A DNA stretch of 64,000 bases, taken from assembly GCF_009914755.1 (NCBI RefSeq), contig NC_060938.1. One strand, written 5' to 3'. Position 1 is the stretch's first letter. The number at the start of each line of letters is the position of its first letter. The notes under the pieces are model-generated. The model made no database searches. It saw only the letters and a list, made by a program, of their open reading frames with translations, and had not been told where the DNA came from. Positions 14,791-27,218 of the stretch are shown here, in pieces. The DNA is from the human T2T-CHM13v2.0 reference genome, Homo sapiens. A program made the position numbers and the translations under genes.

Positions 14791-16629
14791 AAGGATTTAG
14801 TTGCTGGGTGTTTATGTCTAATATGGGAAGGAAAATACCCCACAAGGATGGTTATGAGGTTTGAAGAGAAGGGCAGGACTTGACAGATTCCCAAGCCCTC
14901 TGTGATCAACACCTTTGTACCTTTTAAACACCAGAGATTTATTTACTTTTACTTATTATTGACACAAATAATCCTGTCTTTGGCTCAAAGATACATACAT
15001 GGAGTCAGAATTTTCTACTGGACAAGACAGAGATGAACATCCTAAGGTTGGAGTCTGTTTGTTTTTTTTTTGTAAGTGCAGGAAAGTCAGCACAGAGAGG
15101 TTAAAAGGCTCACCCGAGGTCCCACAGGGGGCTGGGGTCAGACCCAGGGCTGCAGTCCAGCCTTCCAGACCTGTCCTGAAGAGATTTTTATGTAAGAAAA
15201 CCAAGTGTCTGCCGATGCCCACTGCTACAGCTGGACATTAGAATGGGCCCACTTTCATCCTAGCCCCATCCCCGGAGCGTGCTAAGCCCTTGCCCACCTT
15301 GGTGACTTTATACTCGCTTCTGCCTGGCATCAGTTAATGCTTTTCTCAAGCACTGGCCCATGCTTCACCTCTCTGAAGTTTCTTCTTCCTCCTGTGTCTG
15401 GTTCTCTGACTTTAGGGCCTAGAAGACAATCCAACATTTAAGAGTCATTAGTAGCTGTTAGCGGAGGGATAAAAAAATGAACGAATGAATGAATGCAGGA
15501 TAAACACTGGGATCCCAGGAAATTCCCATATGTGGACACATCCCTTTCCTCCCACACACTGCTTTAAATGTCATGTCTCTTAACTTTTATTTAAGGTTCC
15601 TACAAGCCATATGATGCTATTTCTGTGTTTCCTGTGCAACATTGAACTTGAGATATTTCATTCAGACTTTAGAACTAGGAAAGTCTGTCTCCCCCGGGGA
15701 GCTGTTGTGGTTTGTTGCTTTCGGACAATCCAAGTTATATAACATTGAGTTTCCCTCATTGCTTTGGCCACTAGGAAGCTCAGATCCTGGTTCTAAACTC
15801 AGTCACAGCAACTGAGCTGACCCTTGTGTGTTTTCTTATTTTTAGTGCCATTTTATTAATCGTATTTTACATTGGCTCTTTAAGTTGCCTCAAATTCTTT
15901 TTTTTTTTTTTAAATTGAAAGATGCAGAGTATAAATACATCTGATGAGTACATTTTAAAAATAACATCATGGAGGAATAACACTTTGTGCTATTTCGGGA
16001 TTCATGATCTAGGTTACAGATTACTTGAGCTTCCGGAGTCTCCTGATTATCACCAATGAGCAGACTGAGGCTTTCTATCTGAAACCACTTTGCTGCCCTC
16101 TCTGCCCCCACATGGTGAGGGTTTGCTAAGTGGACCTGCCGAATAACCACAGCTTTCCAGAGCTCTTTCTTTAGTGCTGAGAGGTACATGAGAGGTGAAT
16201 GGCAAAGGAAAGGAATTGAGGTAAAAATGCAAGCACAGATTGCCACCATTTCCTATTGAGTGTGGTAAAATAATTGGTTTCTTACCATTTTATACAAGGC
16301 ATTTCTCAGTCTAACCACAAATTAGTTCTTAAGCCTCTTCTCTTCCACCATTTCCCCTGCTCCTTCCATCCCCCACACATCAGTCATATAAAACTCCTCT
16401 GTTCTTCAGACATGAAATGCCCTTTCCTCCACTTCTTGTCCAGGCCAACTGCTCCTCATCCTTTACAACTCCAATGAAACGACTCCTTTTTCTGAGGAAA
16501 CATTCTTGATCTCCCCACTCCCACATATGATAATTTACTCTTTATTATTCTTGTTTAGTGTACCCGTGGAATCAATAGTTGTATAAACTTCACTGGCGCA
16601 ATGAGCCCATTGTACTGTGGTGAGCAACA

Positions 16630-16870
16630 GGTTTTACTTGGAGGAGAAGTTAAGAGTCTAGTCTTCCCAGACTTGAAGCTCAGTACTGCCACTTAGTAGT
16701 CACATGACTTTTGGTAGAGTACTGAATGTCTGTGCCTTAGTTTCTGCATCTGCAAAATGGGATAACAAAAGTACCCCCTGCATAAGAGGATGGCAGAGTA
16801 AACACATTTAGTGTTTAGTATATTACCTGGCATATAACAAGCTCTGCACAAATGTTAGCTCTGTTTTTAA
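16630..16870 (+). mobile_element. MIR SINE
   Basis: actgccacttagtag...gccttagtttctgcatctgcaaaatgggataa...cctggcatataacaagctct...aaatgttagct. Confidence 0.75.
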
Positions 16871-18125
16871 TCACTTGTCTTTCCCTTGACTTGTTAGGAT
16901 GGGGTGTCTATTATGTTTACCCAGATTCTCTTGTCTTTTCCTGAGGACACTTAGTAAAATTTTAGCAAATGATGGTAGAATGAATAATTGAATGAGAGAG
17001 TTGGATTATGTGAAGTGTGATTCTCTCCCCCAGGGAATTGTGTTTATTTTAGGACTTAGTCCTTACCCTTTCCTTCCAATAACAAAACACAGCCTCCATC
17101 CCACCCCCAGGCCCAGGAGGAGAGGCCTTTTTGAAGAGGAAGGAGCTGCTCATGCCTCTGCATAGACGCCTTCCTTCCTTCTGAGTTCTCCCTACCCACC
17201 TGGGGGCAAGGTGGTGGTGACTGCCTCACTACCCAGATCCAACTCAATGTCCTGCTGACAAAGGAATCATCCCTCAGCCTAGCAAGTGCTGAGATCTCTG
17301 GGGAAGCAGGGCCTCAATGAATGGGAAAAGCAGCAGACTCCTACGAAGCCTGCTGGGAGGAAGAGGGACGCAGAATTGGCATTGGGGTTTGAGCAGCAAG
17401 AGAGACTGGTGGGTTTCCAACACCCCTCCCCAACCTGGCCTTTCTCCCACAGCTTGGATGGACCTGGGACCCTTAGGAGCCACAGACCTCAGGAGCCAGC
17501 CACACCTGCACAGTGTTTACTGAGCTGGGTGTCAGACTTACCCCTGATGAGGCCCTGGTCAGTGGTGAAGAGGAAAGCCAGACAGCTCAGGAGATGGCTA
17601 CCACCAATCATGGGAAGTATGTACTCCAGAATCATCCCAGCCAGGGTGCACTGCAGGGATAAATGCTGGGAACACTGAGAAGACAGGCTCGTCCCTGTGC
17701 TAGGGTGCATGGAAGGCTTCCTGGAGGAGGTAATATCTACCCTGCTCGCAGAAGGAGTGAATGGGACATGGCCTGGTCAGGTCAACCTGAAAGTTTTGAG
17801 CAGGTGAATAAACCAACTTAAAAAAACTTTCCACATGTTTCTGTACTCCTCTGGGTGGCCTCCTCCTTATGATTCTACAGAGAAAGGCTGGCTTCTGGCC
17901 TTGCCTAGGTTGGGAATGGGTGAAAACTCTCTGAGGAATGGAAAAGTCATTGCTAACTGATACTTGGCACAGCCTCATCGGTGTCTTTTATTTTTTATAA
18001 TCTACTCTTTATGTTAATTATAACATTAGGCTCACTCCATGATTTGTACGCCCTAAAGTTGTTCCCCATTCAATGACCACAGTCAAAATAGCACTAATTC
18101 CTGTTAAATGTCTTGAAGAACATTA

Positions 18126-18128
<3 letters not shown>

Positions 18129-18164
<36 letters not shown>
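18129..18164. repeat. (AC)18 microsatellite
   Basis: Perfect dinucleotide run. Confidence 0.95.
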
Positions 18165-18166
<2 letters not shown>

Positions 18167-19499
18167 CTTTCCCTTATAATGATGCCCTCTACCACTCCTT
18201 GCAATAAGATCCTTAACATAGAACTGCCTTGGGTTGAAGAGTTTTTTCTCTCTAATTCAGGATTATAAATTGTGACTTAAAACAATTGCAATAAGAGGCC
18301 CCATAACCATTGTTAAAATGATGGTGTTTGAAGAGATGTCCGCACTATGTATATTTCACAGCTGGAATAGATCTCTTTGGGGAGCATGTCTCCTCCCTGG
18401 TGTTTGGCAAAGTATAATTGAATTAGTGAAAGTCTAATAAAGTTTGGGGAAATGTCGAGATATAAGAATCGAAAATAAAATAAAGATAATTTAATCATTA
18501 AAGTTGGCGCTGGTTTTTAGGACATTCATTGCTATGGAGATGTTAGAGTAGATTCCAGCTTGCATTTTAATGGTGAACTTAAATAAATCTGAGTTCTGGA
18601 GAGAAACTGCTAGTGTATGGAATCTGAGCTAATGAGTGAAATAGCTCCGACTTGGAGTTAAAGCCAGGTAGTCATTTGCAGGGAAGAAGCCGAATAATCC
18701 AAGCCCTGTCTGGTTTTTGAATTTATTTTCAAGTTTTTTGATTTTTGGAGCTAAGCCCAAACTCTTTAACCAGGCATGTGGGGCCCGCCATATTCAGGAA
18801 CCCACTTTCTTTCCAAATTCCGGTGGCCTGGACCAGCTCTGCCCTTGGCTTCACATGACCTGGCCCACCTCTCCTTCAGGGACCTTCTCAAAAGCCCCAT
18901 CTGTTGGTAACCCCTGCACTTTCCTTGAACTACTGCAGGGAGTGGTTCCATGCACTGCGTAGGAGTGTGGGATCTGGAGTCAGGTTGCCTTGGTTCAAAT
19001 CCCAGTTCTGACTTTTCCGAGACTCAGTTTCTTTATCTGTAAAATGGGGATAATAATAAAACCTGCCCTTAGTGTAAGTACTTATGCAAGGTGTCCGTGC
19101 TTACCCTGTGCCTGGAAACTACTCAGTGCTCACTATAGATTTCACTGGGCACTCATCCCATTCTGCCTTATACACAGATAGCCACTGACGTACATGGCTT
19201 CTCTCCCCAGTGGAGTTCAGGTGCCTCGTCGAAGGAAAAGATGACTTATATAAGTTTACAAATAGTAGATGTTCAATAAGTGTGCTTAATGAATAAATAG
19301 GTATCCCCTAACGGTAGTGTATCTGTATTTGAGGAACGTAGAAGGTTTCTCTCTGTATAATAATGTAGAAGTCTAATTATTCTATTTCTGTTGCACTTCT
19401 ATAATAGGGAGGACATTTAGTGTCCCTGGGTGCCTGGCACTGAGCTAAGTGCTTTTCAAAGAATCCTATGAGATAAGCACTCTTATTAACATCCCATAT

Positions 19500-20070
19500 G
19501 CTGGTTCATTCATTAGAGTAATGCTAGAAAAGACCCCAAAAGGATATTTTCAAATCACCTAAGAGTTTCATGTGGGTGTCTGTGCCCAGGGACAGCTTCC
19601 TCCATACAGTGATTCAGGGACTCAGGCTTCTCCCCTTGCGTGGCTCCATCAGAAAGGTGAGAGTGGGCAGGGAAGAGGCAACCGCGTTTTCTAAAAGCTT
19701 GCACTGAAATTAACAAAGATCAGTGAGGAAAATCAATGACCACACCTTGAAACCTTGGCAGAAGGGTGCTGGGAAACATGGACTGGGGTTGGGCAGCTCC
19801 TTTAGTCCTGCATAGGCACTGCTCCCTGCCAGGGATCAAGAGCCGACTCTGTGCATTTCTGTCCAGCGCCACGTCCAAGGATGTCGTGGGAAGCTAAACA
19901 CCAGCCACGGTGAGAGTATTTACACCACAGCATTTAACAAAGGCTACACATCAAGGTTTTTGTTTTGTTTGTTTTCAGTGAGCTGGTTTACCAGCACCTT
20001 CCCAGTGCCAATGCAACTGAAAGAAAGGGAGAACATGAATTTTGAGACACTGGTCCTCTCTGTTAGGTAC
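19500..20070 (-). mobile_element. Old MLT1 (K/L-like) LTR with a nested MER63 at about 19810-20005
   Basis: MLT-like cagtgattcagggactcaggct and gggtgctgggaaa; MER63-like gagtatttacaccac...gctacacatcaagg...tttaccagcac. Confidence 0.6.
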
Positions 20071-21434
20071 AAAATTAACCCCATTTTAAGGACGATGAGG
20101 TGGAGGCTCAGTCATGCCAACTAACTACCCTTCTCCTGGACTGCAGAACTAATGAGAGTTGAGTAGAGACGAGCTTCTGACTCTAGCTCTTACTGCCCTG
20201 CCATCTGGCCTCCCAAACCCAGAACATTTACTTGCAAGATTATTAGCAATTCTATTTTTAATGTACACACATGTTTACCCTCCCCCAAACTATTTTAGAA
20301 CGATAGGGGGAAAGAGGATAATTTCTTTTTTCTGTAACGAGAGGTTTGATTAGAATTGAAGCCACTTTCTTTCCCCTTTTATCATTATTAAAAATAATTT
20401 TTTCTTTCTTTGTCTGAGAATTGCTATAGGAAACATTATTGAATAGGATCCCGCAGCTATGAGCATTGTTCCATAACTACGAAGGCCCAAACAGCATTTT
20501 TTTTCTCTCCCAGAAACTGTGGTGGCTGACTATTTTTTACTGAGTATTTTCCTAGTAAATCTCACTGCTAAATTGGCCACTTTATTCATGATGATTTCTT
20601 CAAATATATCATTCTTGTGGCACAATATGAATAATGAAGAGGAATATTTTCAAACACATAAAGGGCTCTGAATAAAACTAATGGGTGAGGCATTAAGCAA
20701 AGTCGATAGGGGCTTGAACAGTCCCCGGCATGCCTGATAAGGAGACTGGAGGTCGCATACGCCAGGGACCAGAGACTTTCATCCCTGGAGATCCTTGACC
20801 TTGACCCAGCAGTCAGGGCTAGCCTGAGCATCTGTGTCAAGTCGAGTTGGCTCTCTCAGACTTCATGCAGCCATCAGTGCACCTCTACTTAGCCTCTCTC
20901 TGAGAGGCAGGAGGATGCCCAGGTTAGAGACTTGGGCGAGGAAGCCAACCACCAGGATTCGAATCCAGACCAGCTGCTCCTGTCTGTGAAGCTTTAAGGA
21001 AGCTGACTTAACCCCTCTGCAGCTCTGTCTCCTCATCTTGAAAATAGGGACAATTATAACCACGAGAGGGCACACCTGCAACTCATAGACTGTGAAAGGC
21101 TTAAAACCCTGCGGGCAGGTTTACACGCTTTGTATCACTGCAGTGATTATTACTGTTGTTACTACCATCATCACTATAATCTACCACGTATTGGGTGCTC
21201 CTGGGGCAAGTACAGGGAGGCACTTTGGGCCCCTAAGTATTACCCTGCATGGGGCAAATTGTTGTGGCTGATGCTTCAAATTGCCAACATTTAAAAAGGC
21301 TGGACACGTAGGAAAACAATCTACTGACTTCTCTTGGGGAAGAAATAAGTTTGCCACTGTTCTCACCTCTCTGAGGCCCTCTACCTCTGACCTCCTTCAC
21401 AGTGCCTGGTTGTGTAGATATGTGAATTTGTGGT

Positions 21435-21812
21435 TGTGTTAGTCCATTCTCACATTGGTATAAGGAAATGTCGAAGACTGGGTAATTTATAAAGGAAAGA
21501 GGTTTAATGGACTCGCAGTTCTGCATTGCTGGGGAGACCTCAGGAAACTGACAATCACGGCGGAAGGTAAAGGGGAAGCAGGTACCTTCCTCACAGGGCA
21601 GCAGGACGGAGTGAGGGCAAGCAGGGGAAATACCAGACACGTAAAACCATCAGATCTCATGGGACTCACTCACTCACTATCATGAGAACAGCATGGGGCA
21701 ACCACCCTCATGATTCAATTACCTCCCACTGGGCCCCTCCCACAACATGTGGGGATCATGGGGATTTCAATTCAAGCTGAGATTTGGGTGGGCACAAACC
21801 CAAACCACATCA
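21435..21812 (-). mobile_element. THE1D/MSTA-type MaLR solo LTR
   Basis: tgtgttagtccattctcac...agactgggtaatttataaaggaaagagg...caaaccacatca; 5-bp TSD gtggt/gtggc. Confidence 0.9.
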
Positions 21813-23014
21813 GTGGCTTTTCCTTGAATAATGAAAAATAAAATGGATTTGGCTTGGTTTGGGGATCAAAAATCACTGCTGAGACAGACTGGAGGATGAG
21901 AGGCTGAATCACGGAGAAGAGCCCTGGGAAGAGGAAGGCAGTGTTATTAACAGTGTTGTCTCTGGCTTTGTGGGGTTAGGCATAAGTTAATTGCCATTGG
22001 TGCAGTACTGTCATCACACCAAAGATTCTGGCTCAGTATCTGCTTCTAAGGACAAGGGTCCCATTGGATGTCCACCCCCAGCCCACCTGGCCTGGCACCA
22101 GGGGACAGTAGATGTTTCAGAGTGAGGGAATCTATTCAGTATCCCTTATGCCCATTCAGAAACTCAGCAAACATTTTTTCATGCACCTACTATGTGTTGG
22201 GCAGAAGGTTAACTTCTATAACATTATTTTATTTAGTTAAAAATGTTCTTCATAGCCTTTAGCTGATGCTATTTTATATGATACATTTGTTATTTGCATA
22301 GGATGTCTCTCTTCTCACTTCCTCAGGACAGGGGCTCACTTTGTTCGCCGCTATATTCCCCAGTGCCGGTGTCTGGAATCAGGCTGATACCCCGTAGAAC
22401 TTCTTGAACTAATGAATGAATAAATGTGTTCTCTCACACTCTTTCAGGTGGGTGTTAATCTCTGTAATACCAGGTTAGGAACAGAAGTTCAAAGAGGATG
22501 AGCACAGCACAGGGGTTAGAAGCAAGGACTTCAGAGTCAGGTGGAACTGCAAGGTTTTATTTCATTTTACTTACTCTTTTTCTCTCCAAGCCTCATTCTC
22601 ACACTGAAAAATAGGAATCATAGTAAACCTACCATACATAGTGGTTTTGTGAGGATTAAATTAAGTCAGAGAAATAACTTTGCTCTGTTCCTGGCATATT
22701 GGGAAATATTCAGTGATTTGCAGCCAAAATTATGACATAGAGGTAGGACTGGGTTGAGTGTAATCTCTGTTCTCTGGCTCCTTTCCCAAACACTAAGGGT
22801 CGATTCTACACAATGGTGATGAAGGAAGCAGGATGTGGCTTCAGGGACAGTCATCTTCCCTTTAAGGGTCGTGTGGGCTCATGCATGTTAACTGAACGTC
22901 TACTATGAGCCAAGCCTACAAGATCTGCAGTCACAGATACAAATGCGGCACAGCTCTTGCTTTCAACTTTGCTCTCAGCCTCATGGAAGAAACTGATAAT
23001 TCAGAGAAACGGAC

Positions 23015-23829
23015 TGTATGAGTTTTCTGTTGCCATTATAACAAATCATCACCTTCTTAGTGGCTTGAAACAACGTGAATTTATCTCACTGTTCTGCAGG
23101 TCAGAAATCCAGAATGGGACTGTGTTCCTCTCCGGAGGTTCTAGGAGAGAATCCACTTATTTGTCTTTTCCAGCTTCTAGAGGCTGCCCATATTCCTTGG
23201 CTCATGGCCCTTCATCACTATGACCTCTGTTTATTTTATCACCTCTTGTCCCTTCAGTCTGACACCCCTGCCTCCCTCTTATAAGGACCACTGTAATTAC
23301 ATCAAGCCATCCAGATAATCTGGAATCATGTTCCCATCTCAACATCCTTAACTTACTCACATCTACAAAGTTCCCTTTGCCATCTAAGGTAACATAGTCA
23401 CAGGTTTGAGGGATTGGGACGTGGACATCTTTGGAGGGGCATTCTTCTGATATGGTTTGGCTGTGTCCCAACCCAAATGTCATCTTGAATTGTAGTTTCC
23501 ATAATCCACATGTGTCATGGGAGGGACCTGGTGGGAGGTAACTGAATCATGGGAGAGGTCACCCCATGCTGCTGTTCTCATGACAGTGAGTGACTTCTCA
23601 CAAGATGTGATGGTTTCATAAGGGGCTTTCCCTGCTTTTGCTCAGCACTTCTTCCTGCCATCTTGTGGAGAAGGACGTGTTTGCTTCCCCTTCCACGACC
23701 ATTGTAAGTTTCCTGAGGCCTCCCCAGCCATACAGAACTGTGAGTCATTTAAACCTCTTTCCTTTATAAATTACCCAGTCTCAGGCAGTCCTTTACAGCA
23801 GTGTGAGAACGAAATAATACACTACCTCA
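23015..23829 (-). mobile_element. MLT1C/D-type LTR interrupted near its end by THE1
   Basis: ttccagcttctagaggctgccc...taaggtaacatagtcacaggtt...gacgtggacatctttggagggg; terminal ctacctca lies after the THE1. Confidence 0.8.
23448..23821 (+). mobile_element. THE1 solo LTR nested in MLT1
   Basis: tgatatggtttggctgtgtccc...tttataaattacccagtctc...taataca. Confidence 0.92.
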
Positions 23830-25063
23830 ATGACAGTAGGACTGCATTAATGCATTGATAAGGACTGCAGTGGAAGCTCGGAGGTGGGATACCTTATGCA
23901 GTTTTGAGAATCAGGGTTTCATCATCTAGAAAGCAAGAGTTTGAATGCACCGATTCCCAAGGCCACAACCTTGAACATTCTGAAATCTACAAAAAGCCAG
24001 TGTCTTTCCTACTGTAGTATTTTGGGTTTGCTGAATCTAAGGTCTACTTGTGAAGTCAACATCTTTGCAAGTTATCAATATTAAGAAAAAGGACCCACAC
24101 ATAATATCTGGCTCCCTTCATGAACACACTCTACTATGTTCCCCCTGCCAGCTTCCCCAAAACAGCCTGGGGGCCATGGTCACAGGAACCACCAGCCCAC
24201 CCTCCAACAACTCAGAGGGACCTTGACGTTGGTTGAGGGGCCCTTGAAAAGGGAATGAAGTGCTGCTGAAGAGCGTCCCCCACCCTGCCCATGCCACCTA
24301 GCGGATCTTCTTTCAAACCCTGCATTTCTGAAGGCACGTCTTCCTGTGCTTGGCTGGGTGACTCATCACAAGGAGAAACGTTAGTCACATCAGATGACAC
24401 ATGGCAGCAGCTAAAACGGGAAAAGCGCTCCCTGAGTCATCCCTGGAGCCGGGCGGCAAAGGCTCCTCCTGGGACCATGTGTGGACCCTCCAATGAGGGG
24501 GGCCTGGGTCACCTTCACTGAGTGGACAGGACACTCAGTGAAGTTCCAAAGGACACTCAGTGAAGTTCCAAAGGACACTCCGCGTCTTTTTCCTCCATCT
24601 CCTGAAGGAAGCACAGTGAAGACTCCAGCATGGAAAAGCGTGTCCCACACGGCCTCGGCGCCTCCATGGATGATAGGCATGGGGCACCCCCTTTCCTCTG
24701 GAAGGTTCTGGTGGGGGGCAGCACACCGTCCACGGGAGCAACGGCCTCTGCATCTGCCCACTGCAGATTCACTTCGTATTTTTAGTTCCCAAACCTTGAC
24801 ATCCAAGCTCCCGCTCTGTGGCTTCCGCGGCAGCCTGGCAAGCTTCCTGTGAAGTCGCCCGCTGCTGAGCTTCCGCACCCTTCCTCCCGCAGAGCCAGCC
24901 AGTCATGGAAGAGCGGGATCATCCCGGAAGGTTGGTGCGACAGGAGTGGGTGGTGAGGAAGGCGAAGGCAGCCTTCTCGGAACCTGGCTCCCTGAGACAG
25001 GACATGGAAGCAGGGGTGTCCTCTTCTGTGGAACGTCATTTAGCTTCTTCTCACCCATTCTGC

Positions 25064-26146
25064 AACACACACACACACACACATACACACACACACAAAC
25101 ACGCCACATGTACACATGCACATATACGCACAAATACACACAGTACACACTGTGCATACACATGCGGCACACACAGTACCCACATGTACACATGCACACA
25201 TACACACAAATACACACACAGCACACACACATACACACATGCAGTACACACAGTACCCACATGTACACATACACACATATGCACAAATATGCACACAGTA
25301 CACACGCACATGCGGTACACACAAAGTACCCACCTGTATGCATATGCACATATACACACACAGCACACACACACACACACAGTATACACACAGTACCCAC
25401 ATGTACACATGCACACATCCACACAAATACACACACAGTACACATACATACACACATGCAGTATACACAGTACCCACATGTACACATACACACATATGCA
25501 CAAATACACACACAGTACACACACAGACACACATACAGTACACACACATAGTACCCACATGTATGCATATGCATATATACACACACAGTACACACACATA
25601 CACACATGCAGTATACACACGGTACCCACGTGTACACATGCACACATACGCATGAATACACACAGACAGTATGCTCATACACACATGCAGTATACCCACA
25701 GTACCCACATATACAAATACACACATATGCACAAATATACACACTGTATGTACACACATGCAGTACACACACTACACACATGTACACATACACACATATG
25801 AACAAATACACATAGTACACACTCTGTATGTACATGCACAGTGTACACACATGCAATACACACACAGTACCCACATGTACACATACATATGCACAAATAC
25901 ATGCAAATCCACAAATACACACACGTGCACACATGCAGTACACACACATACACTCAGTACACACATGTACACACAGTACTCACACATACACATGCACAAA
26001 TACACACATAGAGTACACACACATAGTACACATAAATACACACAGACACACATATCCACACATGCAGTACACACATATACATATATAGTACACAGATACA
26101 TGTATAGCACACACTTGCACACACGCACACATATACACACATACAT
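25064..26146. repeat. Complex CA-rich minisatellite (67-81 bp units, about 220-bp higher-order period)
   Basis: Anchor gtacccac at 25176, 25253, 25326, 25393, 25470, 25551, 25622, 25701 and 25867. Confidence 0.92.
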
Positions 26147-26269
26147 CTCTACCAGAGATTTTGCATCTGATAGAATAGATGCTTCTCTTTCACACCTTAA
26201 GGCATCTAGGATAACTTTCTTTCTTGTTTTCTAAAATTTTTTAAATGTTTAAAATCCTTAATAGCATAA

Positions 26270-26730
26270 TGAAGATGAAGTCTCTGGAAAAAGAGCAAAA
26301 AATCTCAAGAAAAAAACAAAAGCAGGCTGACATGATGACAGAGAGGCAAAAATAGAAAGCTTAAATAAGAAAATAATGGAAGGAAACACAGAGAGAGCAA
26401 GATAATAAAATCTACATAGGTTTTAGGATGAAAAACAGCAAAATTGACGTTAAAGAAATTTTCATGTGGAAATTTCTTTAGGATCTCAGGATGTGGAAGA
26501 GAAGCCTGAGAATCCTCCTAGACTGAAGATGCAAAGAAAAAGGTAAAAATGTTGAGAGAGTACATGATAAACATGGAGAACAGAGAAAAAAGAGCAAATA
26601 TTGTACACTTTAAGGAAGAGATCAGGACAGTAGAAATATAAGTTATAATAAAGATGTTGGAGAAAATTTCTAAAGCTGAATAAAGAACTAAGAGTTCAGG
26701 CCTAAAGGGGACACAGTGGCCTTGTTTTAA
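26270..26730 (+). mobile_element. Ancient L1M/HAL1 ORF1-like fragment
   Basis: Strongly A-rich strand; translates to ORF1p-like MENREKRANI followed by gaaaatttctaaagctga (ENF-like) sequence. Confidence 0.5.
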
Positions 26731-26909
26731 AGATGTGACATTGATAATTAAGGCCAAGCGAGGGAAAAGAACTTGGTCAGGTTTGCAAGATAGGTTGGGT
26801 GGTACCTCTCTTATTTTCTTATTTGCCCTGTGCACGTGGGTGTGCAAGGAAAGAGAGAGATGGAAATAGCAGAGAGGAAAAGAATTCAAGGGAGAAATCA
26901 TCTCAAACA

Positions 26910-27170
26910 TGGCAGTGGGCTCCATGATTAAGACCCTGGTATCAGGCAGGCCTGGCCTGCTTTCCAGCTCCATCACCAACTAGCCAGGAAGTCTTGAGCA
27001 GGTCATCTCACTCCTCTGGGACCCGCTTCTCTCTCACACATAAAATAGAGTAAAAGTAGTTGGACCCTCATCATAAGGTTCTCATGAGAGTCTAGTGAGC
27101 TAAGGCATGCAAAGCTTTTAATACAGTGGCAGGTACAGAGTAAGCACTTCAAAGAGGTTAGCTACTGTTT
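26910..27170 (+). mobile_element. MIR SINE
   Basis: ccagctccatcaccaactagc...agcaggtcatctcactcctctg...gcatgcaaagct...cagagtaagcact...gttagcta. Confidence 0.7.
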
Positions 27171-27179
27171 CTGATATTT

Positions 27180-27218
27180 AGAGAGAGAGAGAGAGAGAGA
27201 GACAGAGACAGAGAGAGA
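27180..27218. repeat. (GA)n microsatellite
   Basis: gagagaga run with gaca interruptions. Confidence 0.9.

Noticed and set aside
25064-26146. Regularly spaced gtacccac anchor resembling a CRISPR-like array
   Set aside because: The spacers are mutually homologous CA repeats rather than unique sequences, the context is eukaryotic, and there are no cas genes.
24903-26234. Long ORFs (up to 353 aa) on both strands, rich in Cys/Val or His/Thr
   Set aside because: They are an artefact of the stop-poor CA/TG minisatellite, open in nearly all frames.
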